Assembly (NCBI GenBank): GCA_036172245.1
Contig: JAYWIR010000045.1
Coordinates: 1,178,001-1,242,000, forward strand
Length of the DNA stretch: 64,000 nt
Direction of reading: 5' to 3'
Source of the DNA: Raillietiella orientalis
Lineage: Eukaryota
Shown one piece after another: positions 1-11,836 of the stretch. Numbering within the stretch: position 1 is the stretch's first letter; every line of letters starts with the position of its first letter. A program made the position numbers and the translations under genes. Below the pieces are notes generated by a model that made no database searches, was not told the origin of the DNA, and saw nothing but the letters and a program-made list of their open reading frames with translations.

Positions 1-666
1 CTGCATTTCCACTTGAAAACTTGCTCGTTACTAGGCGGATTGCAAATCAGGATTTCTTGGGAAAACCTGAATTCGAATTGCAAGTTTCTGTTTTCGGATC
101 TGAATGCAGAGATTTCGAGTTTGAAATCCAGCCTTAGTGCACGGCTTCTCAGCAGTACACACTTGGTCAAAAAGATTTCTTTCGAAGCAGTGACCCTCCG
201 TTGAATTTTGCGGTATGAGGACTGTCCTGAAGAGGTGAAAAGAGCCTAAATATTCACGAAACAGTGATGTGTGTTTCCGTCCGCGGAATTCGATATATTG
301 CTAATACTGTTCGATTCCAAAAGCGGAACGAGGCTGCGGATAGTCCGGAGGTAACGATCAAGTTAACATGTAGAATTTCACATCACCAATCATAAGCTAA
401 ATGTAATGAAATTTAGTCCGTCACTCCCCATGTGAGATGTGATGCCTCTTCCTTCAATCGTTACATGCTTGGGTGCTTCGGGTGAATTTCTCGTAATCGC
501 TGTAATCGGAAAAAAGGAAGTTACCCAGAACTACTCTTGCGTGTGTGTGTTTTTTCTTATGGTTCGAAAACACCTGAGGAAGTTCTGTACTTTATGCAGA
601 ATTTCTTCTATTTGTATTCTCCAAAATATTTGATAACTATGGTTGACGTAGCAATTATCTTAATAG

Positions 667-3600
667 CAAATCCCAGATGTATCCCCAACTGGAAGGTATA
701 CAACTTTAATACCATTAATTTTTATATTGACCATCTCAGCAATAAAGGAAATTATTGAAGATGTTGTAAGTAATCATTTAGGATGAAGGAACATGTTAAT
801 ATGCAATTACAGAAGCGTCATTATGCTGATAAACAAGTCAATAATCGAAAAATACAAGTACTTCATGAAGGGGCTTGGCAAGTGATTAAATGGAGTCAAC
901 TTGAAGTCGGCAACATTGTAACGGTTTCCAATAATAGTTACTTCCCAGCTGATCTCATCTTGCTGGCTTCAAGGTATGATATTGAATTTTTGAAATCTTG
1001 TTACCTTCCAAAAATTATGCTCAGTGAGCCAAGATCTATGTGTTATATTGAAACTGCAAACTTAGATGGAGAAACTAATCTGAAAATCAGACAGAGTCCT
1101 CCACAAACTTCTCAGTTTGTGAATTTTACAGAGCTCTCTACTTATGATGCAACTATCGAGTGTGAAGTCCCTAATAGACATTTATATGAATTTGTTGGCA
1201 ATTTAGTGCAATCCAGTGGACTGTAAGAATTAGCACTTTTTTGATCATTAATAACATTATTGATGTAGAACAACTCCTCTTGGACCAGATCACCTCCTCC
1301 TTCGTGGTGCAAAACTTAAAAATACAAAATGGATTTGTGGTGTTGTAGTTTATACAGGATCAGATACTAAATTGATGCAAAATTCAATGCCTACACCTTT
1401 AAAGATGTCCACAGTTGATCGGATTACAAACAAACAAATTATATTCCTTTTCCTTATGCTTATTACTATGGCTATGCTGAGTGCACTGGGTAGTGAATTA
1501 TGGCTACACGCTCATTTGCACACCAATTGGTATCTTGGGATAGATGGTAAGATGAATTTCATTCTTTTGTTTGTGTGGTGCATTTAGTTTTAGATATTTG
1601 TTCTCAATGGTGGAATTTGTATCTTCATGGCACTGTCCCTCTTATCCCTCTTCCATCTAAGTGCCATCGACCTTTGTCTATTTTTATTATAGAAGAGTTT
1701 TTCCCTTTAAAAATGACAGGTAGCAGCTGTATTTTGCTAGCACTGGTTTTTTATTATGTGCTAGTGGCTTTTTTGCTGCGGTGTATTACCTGCTTATGTT
1801 GGGATTATTCTTAATTTTTCACATTTGCTTGCTTGAAGAACTGGTTTTCATTCTAATTGTCTCTGAGAATAAATTCCTGATTTCAGATTTCAACAGTCCT
1901 ACCCTTGGCTACAGTTTGCTTACTTTTATTATTCTCTACAACAATTTGATTCCTATTTCGCTGCAAGTAACATTGGAGATGGTGCGCTTCATTCAGGCTT
2001 ATTTTATAAATGTTGATACGGATATGTACTATGAAGAAACTCAAACCTTTGCTGTAGCTCGTACTTCAAATTTGAATGAAGAGTTGGGACAGGTGGAATT
2101 TAGTAAATTAGAAATGTGTTGCTAATAGTATCCCCATTAAGGTCAAATACTTGTTTTCTGACAAAACAGGAACATTGACTTGCAATGTCATGGTTTTCAA
2201 GAAATGTTCAATAATTGGCCAGTTGTATGATGTAAATAGCTCTGATGCAGAAGAGAGAATGCTAGCAGTATGTTATTCCAATTTTCAAGAAGGTTAATAT
2301 GGCTTTGTTCAGACTCTGAATGCAGGTGGCAAACCATCAGAACTTATCAGAGATTTCTTCATTCTCTTAGCAATATGCCATACAGTTATCCCTGAAAAAG
2401 ATGAAGATGGCGTTGTCTCATACCAAGCAGCATCTCCTGGTCAGTGAATGTCGAGACACAATATTTGAGATGAATTTTTCTGATGTTGCAGATGAGAGGG
2501 CATTGGTCATGGGTGCTCAGAAATTAGGTTTTGTTTTTATGGAACGTGGTCCGGATTCTATACTCATTGAGATTCCTGGACATATACAGCAGCAGTATGA
2601 CATCCTTAATGTTCTTGAGTTTACTAGTGATCGGAAACGAATGTCTGTCATTGTGCGTGGGCCTGATGGTGTTATTAAGCTTTACTGCAAGGGAGCTGAT
2701 AGTGTTATATATGAAAGATTGGGTGATCAGCAAGGATATGAACAGGAGACACTACATCACCTTGAAGTGTTTGCTTCTGAAGGCTTGCGAACACTTTGTT
2801 GTGCTGTTGCAGTTATCCCACCCCGTGTATATGAGGTATTATTCCCATGCAGATTTTCTTTGAGTGCAATTTAACTCAGGAATGGAATATTACACATCAG
2901 AAGTCATTATCTGCACTACAAAATCGTCAGAAAAAGACAGAACAGTCAGCTGAATTTATAGAAAGAAATTTGAAAATCCTAGGTGCAACTGCAATAGAAG
3001 ATCAGTTACAGGAAGGAGTGAGTGATTTGATATTTTCATTTATTTGAAAATTATCAGTAGATCCTTTTAATTAAACGCATTCTGTTAAAGAAAAGACATA
3101 AATAGTTTGCACATATGTGTATACAAAGTTTTTGAACAAATCATTTCATGATATGAACCATTTGAAATTCTTGTAAAAACAAAGTGGTTAAAGAAGAAAC
3201 GAACCCATAAGAATTAGTAGTTTTCAAAATGTGATGAATAATGTGATGAATGTGAACCTTCATCTCCATTGCACACTCAAATCACTGAATTGATGTGATT
3301 TTTATTATTAGAGTATTATTTATTAATTATTGTCATGGAAATGCTGCAGTAGGCATTACAATTTTTGTATTCAAAACAAATTATTGATTCATTGATTGTA
3401 CATATGCCTAATTATATGCAGGCGAGTTGCTGTCAATTAGTCTTTTGATGAGTCAGATTATCTGAAACTATAAAGCAGTTGTGATATTGAATCTGTTTTG
3501 ATTTTTAGAAATGCTTAACAAATTACTTAGAATTATAAATCAAACACGCCTATCAGTATGGAAGTGCATCTGCATTTCCATACTGATATGGTCAATAACA

Positions 3601-6461
3601 TGCAGCTGTGTAAAAAAAAAAAAAAAAAAAAAAAAAGTTACTGCTAAGTAGTGTAAAGTGACTTTTCAAATTGAGGAAGGCTGTATTCTTAAGAAAGCAG
3701 GCGACATTCGAACGAAATGAAAAAATAAAGTAGGTATCTCATAGATCAGCTTAATAGCTAGTAGAATCCTTTATTGCAGGTGGTACAAATTAAACCATTC
3801 TTTAACTAATAGTTAGTTGAGTTAAAAATACACCTGGAAGTATTTACTAAAGAATACTCTTTTGTGGCAAACAGAAATAAATGTTTAGAATACGTGTCAG
3901 AATGTGGTAATAAAATCAGATTTAATGGTAGCTTGTGCTGATTTTGATTAAAAGGTAGTTGTGACATTGTTTTGATTGTTTTTTATAGTTGATTTACTTG
4001 CAAATCAACTATAAAAAATTAGGGTATCTCCAGTAATACTACCCAAATATCTTGCAGTTGCTATTCCCATGGAAAATAGAAATCCTAGTCAAGCAATCCA
4101 TTCCTTCCTAGATTGTGCAGCAATTCATGGTCCTAAGTTAATTCATGTATCGTATCCCTTCACCCTCATTAGATCTGATGACCAGTCAAATGTCGTTTCG
4201 TGTTACTGTATGGGGTGGATTTCCAAATCTTGTTCATAGGGAACCAGTTGGACTTTTCGTCTCCGGCGTGATAAAATTCGTGAACTTAGTTTTGTTCTAT
4301 GTTTGCATGTTGCCGTGCACTTGAATTCGGTAAGAAATTCAGGTATTCATGAATAGAAATAAACTGCAAAGCATTGTTCCACTTTATGGGACTCACATAC
4401 TTTCATATGTTTTGTTTTGTTTTGTTTTGTTTTTTTTTTACTTTTGAATTTGTTTAAAAAATTGTGTCTGAGTGATTTGCTCGACCAGCTGGTGTGATTT
4501 AAGCAATTCAGCCGTTGAATCCTTGAAAATTTTTCAGGTACCTGATACGATTAGTTCACTGACGAAGGCAGGTATCAAGATTTGGATGTTAACTGGTGAC
4601 AAAAGGGAAACAGCGGTTAATATCGGATATTCGTGCAAATTATTCACGCCTGACATGCAGCTGATCATTTTAGAAGGTGGTGGACTTGATGTAAGCATTT
4701 ACAAAATAGTTCTTCGTGTAATTTTTGTGTGTATTTCCTTGTGAAGACAATAAGAGATTCCATCAATAGACATACTATGGATTTTGGTGAAAACCTTTTG
4801 AAAGAAAATGAATGTGCCCTGATCGTAGATGGAATTAGCCTCAAGTGTGCTTTGATGCCAGATTTGCGGCATGACTTCCTTAATTTATGCCTCTCATGTA
4901 AGGCTGTAATATGCTGCCGTGCCTCTCCAAAGCAGAAAGCTGAGGTTTGCTATGCATCCAAGAGTGATTTAAATGCCCTTTGGATTCGTGTAGATTGTAG
5001 ATCTACTTAGTAAAGAAACAAACTCCGTCACGTTAGCTATTGGAGATGGAGCTAACGATGTAGCCATGATCCAACGAGCACATGTAGGCATTGGAATCGC
5101 TGGTGTGGAAGGTTTGCAAGCAGCTCGTGCTTCTGACTATTCCATTGCCCAATTCCGGTACCTCAAAAAACTACTTTTGGTGCACGGCGCATGGAGTTAT
5201 TCCCGTATATGCAAGATGGTTTTGTATTGTTTTTATAAGAATGTATGTCTGTATGTTATCGAACTGTGGTATGCAATGGTTTCCGGTTGGTCTGGTCAGA
5301 CCTTGTTTGAAAGGTGGACCATAGGTCTTTTCAATATTGTAAGTTAGCTATTATGTTACCGTACATTTGATTGACTCTTTGATAGTTGTTTGCAGCGGCT
5401 CCCCCATTTAGTATAGGAATATTCGATCGTGTGTGCAGCCAGGAAACCATGTTGCGCTTCCCGGCTCTCTACAAGCCATCTCAAGAATCGTTGCATTTTA
5501 ACGTTCGTGTATTTTGGTTCTGGATTTTTTGTGGACTGTTACATTCTATTCTTTTGTTCTGGCTGCCTATGCTAACCATGATTCAGGATGTGTCTTGGAA
5601 AAATGGACGTGACGGCGGTTATCTCGTCTTGGGAAATTTGATTTACACGGTAAAGTTTTATCCCGATCATTCAAGCCTTTTCTTCATTTGCAAACATTTT
5701 TAGAATGTTGTTGTTGTTGTATGCATTAAGGCTGGTCTTGAAATCCATGCTTGGACTTGGCTAACACACCTATCTATTTGGGGGAGCATTGCTGTATGGT
5801 TTTTATTTCTGTTAATATATACAAATATGTGGCCATTTTTTTCGATCGCTGCTGACATGCTAGGGATAAGTATCATGTTATTTTCTTCCCTTTTGTTCTG
5901 GTTCTCAGTGGCATTCTTCCCATTCGTAACACTGTTTTCCGATATAGTTATTAAAGCGTAAGTGGATTTGCTACTAAAGTATCGTTTAAAGCACTTAATT
6001 CAGTACCAGCAATACTGTATTCAAAACTTTGACCGAAGCTGTTCGTGAAAGTGAAATCCAAAATCATGATCCTGGTACAATAATTACATCAGTTACAAAA
6101 AATAGGTGAGAGTCCAACGCAAGTAGTAGTATACCAATACGTTTCTGTTGTTCATAGTCCGACACTGACATGTTTTTAGACTCAATGAAACGGCAAGACT
6201 TTTAAAAAATGTATTCCGTCGAACCGCAACACGACCTGCTACGGACGTGGAGCTTTCACGTGAGTACCACGGGGATGCCTTCCTTGTTTTCTCCCTTTGA
6301 TGCTTTGAATTCGTGCCGCTCTTTACTGGTCGTCCTAATGCTTCCTGTTGTGTGTAGATGGATATGCATTTTCTCAAGAAGAAGGAGGCGCCATCTCCCA
6401 ATCCGAAATCATCAAAGTTTATGGCAGAAATGTTTCCAAAAGGAATGGTTCATCTCGTTAA
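667..6461 (+). CDS. ATP8A1: P4-ATPase phospholipid flippase, ATP8A1/ATP8A2 type; 5' exons lie upstream of the window. Exons: 667-765, 813-973, 1025-1222, 1269-1546, 1887-2092, 2142-2267, 2313-2439, 2492-2835, 2880-3017, 4538-4690, 4747-4944, 4994-5338, 5386-5649, 5704-5957, 6004-6105, 6180-6259, 6358-6461
   Basis: Spliced frame stays open across GT-AG introns and contains [37 protein letters not shown] (phospho-Asp), [16 protein letters not shown] and the C-terminal GYAFSQEE motif; stop TAA at 6459-6461. Confidence 0.95.
3551..3588. repeat. Near-perfect 38-nt palindrome in an ATP8A intron
   Basis: tatcagtatggaagtgca-tc-tgcatttccatactgata: 18-bp arms with one G-T pair. Confidence 0.85.
3979..4018. 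repeat. Near-perfect 40-nt palindrome in the same ATP8A intron
   Basis: ttttttatagttgattt-acttgc-aaatcaactataaaaaa: 17-bp perfect arms. Confidence 0.8.
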
Positions 6462-6949
6462 CATGGACTAGTGTGTGCTCGACTGCTTGTCCCTGGCGCG
6501 TGAATGCCTAAAATCTGGGAGGACAAGGATGATCGTGGTCATCATCGACGTCTGCCGATGCTCACCCGTAGTGTATTGAAGACCGCGAGTGGTTTTTGTC
6601 TATGTGCGGAAAGAAAATGCAAAAGTCCATATATGCTGTTTAATGTATGTCGTATGACTTCGTAATTTTTCACGTGTTTGCCGTTATGCGGACTTTGGTT
6701 GGTATTTCACTGGCATTTTCACATGCAAAGCTCTTTTGTCTGAAGTTCACTTATGCTCTTTGAAGGGTACAAAGAACATTTGGTTTACAAATTTGATTTT
6801 TTGTTTTCTCTATTTTCTCGCAAAAATTTGTTTGCCTTAATATCATCGCTGTGCCACCCTGGAAGCAGGGTTTCAATAAAAACGGTACATCTTGTATTTA
6901 TTGTATTTCAAGTACAGTGGATGTGAGTTTCTTGGTGGGAGCGATGCCG

Positions 6950-6982
6950 ATATATATATATATATATAGATAGATATAGATA
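6950..6982. repeat. (TA)n / TAGA microsatellite
   Basis: atatatatatatatatatagatagatatagata. Confidence 0.8.
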
Positions 6983-8799
6983 TGTATGAAAATATTTCGT
7001 TTGAAATTGATTAGATAAGCAAAAGAATAAAATTGTCTCTGGTTTCTGTTTAACATAAGATTCTGTTTATTTACTGCAGAACAGGTCCCCCATAGATGTA
7101 CAGTACGAAGTCGCGCGTTATGCTAACAAGCGTTCCTTTGATGGAATGTAAGGCCGCGTACACTGGCCATGTAGATCATCTCTAAACTACATTTGTTTAC
7201 AATTTTTGCGTTGTGTTCTGTAGTGTTTCAGGCATTTCAAATGGAACGTGCTTCCCAGCATGCATTCTTAACTTCGTTGATGATTTGTCATGAAGGCAAA
7301 GAATTCAGTGGTCGCGATCGTGTCTCCGTGTTATGAATGAATTCGCAAATGTGTTCGTTGATCCTAATTCCGATGGTGGGGAAAGGTGCACACCATAGCT
7401 ACATCACGTAATTATTTAGCTGATTTGGGAGTACACTGTTTGTGTACTGCACGTAATAGTAAGAGCAACCCTTTAATGCTTATCAGTGCCTTCTCGATTT
7501 ACTTGTTGTAGTCCGCAAATTTCCCCCCGTTGAGTTTGAACAACGATCTGCGTGATGCGAGGATGTGACGGTTTCGTGTTGGTTCCAAATTTTCCTAAGT
7601 GAGAGTGATTTCTAGAACATACTTGCTATGATGTCGGTCTTTCCCGAAGATCTTCAGCTTTGATGAGGTGCTCGCACGTTATCAGTTTCCGCAAATCCTG
7701 GATTTCAAGACAAACCGTACCGCATCTCTTTCATACCGATAAAGGCGAGTGCCTTGAGGGTGAACGACGTTTGTGTACATGAATATCAGGTGCTCATTGA
7801 CCTGGGGTTTTTGGTGGTTTGCATGGGGTGATCGCGTTGACAGGAGCGTGGAATTCGGGAGCTCAATTCGTTGTTTTCTGTTGATGAGGTGCGTCACAGA
7901 AATCATGAGGGCGTGCATCTGCGTGGGTGCTCAAGCCGCGTGTTACATAGGCAGATGAATTTTTAGAATAAGCAATGCGGCATAAATTTGTGTCAACCCT
8001 AAGACTTCCTAGCTTTTATTACCATTATGATTATGTGTTAACAAGCAAAAAGCATCGTTTCGAGGCACGTCTAAGTTTTCTGTAGTATTCCTTGATCTTT
8101 TCACAGCGCCTGATTTCGACTGATTCGTTTCAGATAGACCTCTCATATGTCCAGTCGGCCGGACGTAATAAAGATTCTGACACCTCTTTGGAATTTTGCT
8201 AATGACCCGTATCCACAATTGGAAAGTGGTTGTTAGCGCAGGGCAGTGTTTTCAGGAATGGACACGTACGTGTCCGTAATTCGATTCAGGGAGGGTATTT
8301 TTGTTGTTTGAATTCGAGGCAACTTTCAGAATCTTGGCAGGTTTCTTTACTTAGGTAACCACACCTTCGGATTTGACCGTTGGGATGATTCCGAGTTCCT
8401 GCATTTACAGTCTCGCCCGAAGATATTTATGCATGTGGATAGGTTTCGATATCCCGGAAGTATCCTTGTTCGAGAATGTGTATGCTTTTAAAATTCGCCG
8501 TGTGACGGAACGTAACCGGCTGTCAGGAGTGTGCAAATGCTGTCTGATAAATTGCAATTAGGTTACTTGTAAGTTAAGATGAGTGAGCATCTCGTTTTAG
8601 AATTTCACGTGTCTGTAACACGTGTAAATCGATAAAGTGTTGCATATTTATTTGCCCACGCATACGAAACCTCAGGTGGAATGCAGATAGTAATCATTTG
8701 AAACGTCAGTTGTAATCGAAATTTATGCGTTAACCTGTGTTTGTTATTTTTCAGCTGAAATTCAAAACCTTCTCTCCTAGAAGGCTTATATATGTGTAG

Positions 8800-11700
8800 A
8801 TGCATTGGTCAAAGCAAATGGTTCAGTCCATAATTAGGAAATTAAGCCTGCCCTTATATCCTAAAATCCCACATGTGCATTACAATTCTGTGAAAACGAT
8901 TGCTTCACACATAAGGCTTCCTGGCAAGAAAAATTTCCCGAAGATTTCGTCCGAGAATGACGTCGCTCATGCCGTCATAGAGCGGTACGGAAAGAACACA
9001 GTTGGGCCATCGATTGAAACTCGAAGACTGCCTCAACCCGTCCTTGACATGAAGGATTTCTCTCTCTTGCGTGAAACTAAGTTGCCGTCGGAATTTCTGC
9101 GTTACTTTGAAAAGATATCACTTTCCGCAGAAAGTTTTCACTCGGTATACACAGATGGCTTCCATGATATCACGAAATTACTGTGCAGATTTGCCAATCA
9201 TTTTAGTGATGAGGAACTAGTAAATGTGCTCAAGCTGTTGTCCCTGTGGGTAGGAACAGAGTTCTTTTCTTCCGGTTCTTTTCGTCAGATCCTGGAAGTG
9301 CTTAGTTCGCAGTGTGGTGATCGCATCAAGTCATGGAATCGTCAGAAGTGCTTTCTCGTTTTGGACTGCTGGTATAACCTTCGTGTCAGCCATGTGACAC
9401 CATTCGTGTCACAAACTCTTCGAATTATTAGTGAGCAGTTGAACTCATTAACGTGCTCGGAATTGGTCCAATTTATGTTTCACGTCAGTGTGCACCGAAA
9501 GTTGCCCGCGAACATCGACCAGGAGCAACTGGAGGAAAAAGTGCTTCGAGAAATCTATAACTTGGGGGTTGATGAAATCGCTATAGTGGCTTTGGGATTT
9601 TTCAAATCTGGAGCACGTGTGAAAAATCCTATCCTGACATGCATCATAATGAAGGAAACACAGAGTCGTTTAGATGAAATTCACGATGTACTGCTGAATG
9701 CTCTTTTAAAGCTGATCCGACGTAGCTGTCAGCCCGAATTTTCAGAAGTTCTGTTCACTTTCCTACGTTGCTTGGTTCCTCAGCTTGCTCATAGATCACA
9801 TTTTGTGGCTGCTCAAGGATTATTATGTGCAGCAGCTAACCAATTGATGCATAAGGAATTCTTATTACCAGCATCCCTCGTTCTGATGAATGCTCTCTCA
9901 GAGCTCCGTTTAAAGGACCTGGAAAGTTTGGTCTTCATCTTATCTTGGTTTACCATCCCGTTTTCTGAACGCAGGTACATTTTTTATCGGATCGCTGACG
10001 AAATGAAAAGCCCAAGACGTAAGGAAGAGAGAATTTCGTATCCTAAGAGCTATGTAAAGCTGGTTGCTGCATTTGTGATCGAAGGATTGTATTTCGAGCA
10101 CCTGATGCAGCCACTGTTCGGCGGTTTCTTATTGGGAGCAATCTCAGGTAACCTATAATTTGTTTTGCTGTTTACGAATTTTCATTATGTGAACTTTTCT
10201 CCCGAAGCAACTCGGAATCCTTGCAATTGCAGTTTTTTCAGTAGCTCCAAAAGTTCGAATGCAGCTACTTGTAATGTACATATAATGAAGTCACCAAACT
10301 CATAACAGGCAGATTTAACGTGCAGTGTTGGCTGTTGGTTGATACACTAATTATTCTGTGGATTGTATAGCGTTCCTGGTCGTCAACGAAAAATTTTACA
10401 TGTGCATCACTTTAACGAGAAATTCGTAGCGCAGGATGTCCTTTATCGTATTTTCTGCATATCCTTTACCGTGCACCTTCCGTCAGTTCGTTGGCCGTTT
10501 TAAAGTCTCGTTAATGATGTTTTCGATGCAATCATTTTTCTATCTGTGGGTCCATGGCTGATCTCAGATTTTTGCACTTCCCCACGGTCATGGTTTGGAG
10601 TGTGATGATTTCAGCCAAGTCTCCATGGCTTGTTTTCTGCCACTTGGGCATTTTTGTGTTTAATTTGCTTTGGATACAGTCACTTCTCACCAGTAGGCGT
10701 TTACGGTTACTGAATAGGATGCAGATGGTGATGAGTTGCGTATGTATGTACCTAGGGACCAGAAAAAAGAGTTCATTGCTCGGTCGACTCGTTATTACTG
10801 TACAAAGATTAGCATTTTGTTAGGATTCAGAGGAATTACTATGGAAACATTGAAATTACTCTTTTAAATAAATTGTGTAGCATTTGTACGGCAATTTGTT
10901 AAATTCAAATTGGTAAAGTACCGTCATAGATATAGATAATGCTGTTTTTTTTTTTTTTCTTTTCTATTTATCTGTGACCAACTTTCCTCAAGAGCATTCG
11001 CAAAACTGCACGAATCCTATGGCGTTTAAATAAGTGTCTTTTGAATGCTTTAGGCAAATCAGATTATCAGTTCTCCTAAGGTTCACTCCCCCAAATGCTC
11101 TTGTTCCCTTTTTAGAATCGATGGAAGTGTACAGATTAATACTGTTTATAAGCAACAGCGTAGAGATTGAATTTCGTGGCCATAAAAGTCTTCTAGAATC
11201 AGAGTTTAGGAAAAAAATTGTCGATGTGAGTATTTAGGAAGCATCGTATAGTGATATTTTTTTGTTTTAGAGCGTTCTAAACAAATCAAACCTCACTCGG
11301 TCCAGTGCAGCTAGCTCTCACTTCGAAAGAATTTCCGCCAGTGTCTCTCATTACTTGAAAAAGATATCGGGCGGCTTAGATGTTTGGACTGGCAGAATTC
11401 TTCCCCATTTTTACCACCCTGGTATGCGTACGGAGGAAAACTTTTGCATTCTTCATTCGACCTTTTCAGATTTCGTACTTCGGTTTGATCACCATGGCTG
11501 TGTACAACCTGTACCGCCCTGTTACAAGACTATGGAATCGGATGCAATTAGGCATCCTCTGAATGATAAATGCTTGTGGTTCTGCATTTTGATCGGATGC
11601 CAAAACATGTACAATAAATTGGATCGATCACCTTGTGGTTTACTTAAGGCCAAAGTAAGGCAGTTGATGGCATTAGGGTACTTGGTTGCAGAGGTATGTG

Positions 11701-11836
11701 ATGATTATTAAAACCACTTTTTTCATAAAAGTTTCGTTCATTCCAGATTCCCTGGTTTGAATATGAGCATCTGAACAGTCAGCAAAAGGAAGCATACATC
11801 ACAAGGAAATTGAATGTGAGAAACCGGATTCCGTGA
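8800..11836 (+). CDS. FASTKD5: FAST kinase domain-containing mitochondrial RNA-binding protein, FASTKD5-like, with C-terminal RAP domain. Exons: 8800-10147, 11116-11225, 11271-11421, 11470-11693, 11747-11836
   Basis: Long helical-repeat exon (GVDEIAIVALGFFKS, LRLKDLESLVF), then SVEIEF, RILPHFYHPDFVL, and RAP-type KVRQLMALGYLVAEIPWFEY...KEAYITRKL. The basic N-terminus resembles a mitochondrial presequence. Start codon choice is uncertain. Confidence 0.8.

Noticed and set aside
1..246. Open frames on both strands at the window start (possible nested gene in an ATP8A intron)
   Set aside because: No family recognised and truncated by the window edge.
1594..1660. Alternative ATP8A exon [13 protein letters not shown]
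   Set aside because: No convincing in-phase donor; the canonical path 1546 to 1887 already gives the conserved sequence.
3231..3292. C/D-box snoRNA (GTGATGA...CTGA) in the ATP8A intron
   Set aside because: Short, weak terminal stem, and no rRNA-complementary guide recognised.
11054..11080. 27-nt micro-exon in FASTKD5 intron 1
   Set aside because: Inclusion gives an in-frame TAA; the frame is complete without it and nothing shows that it is used.
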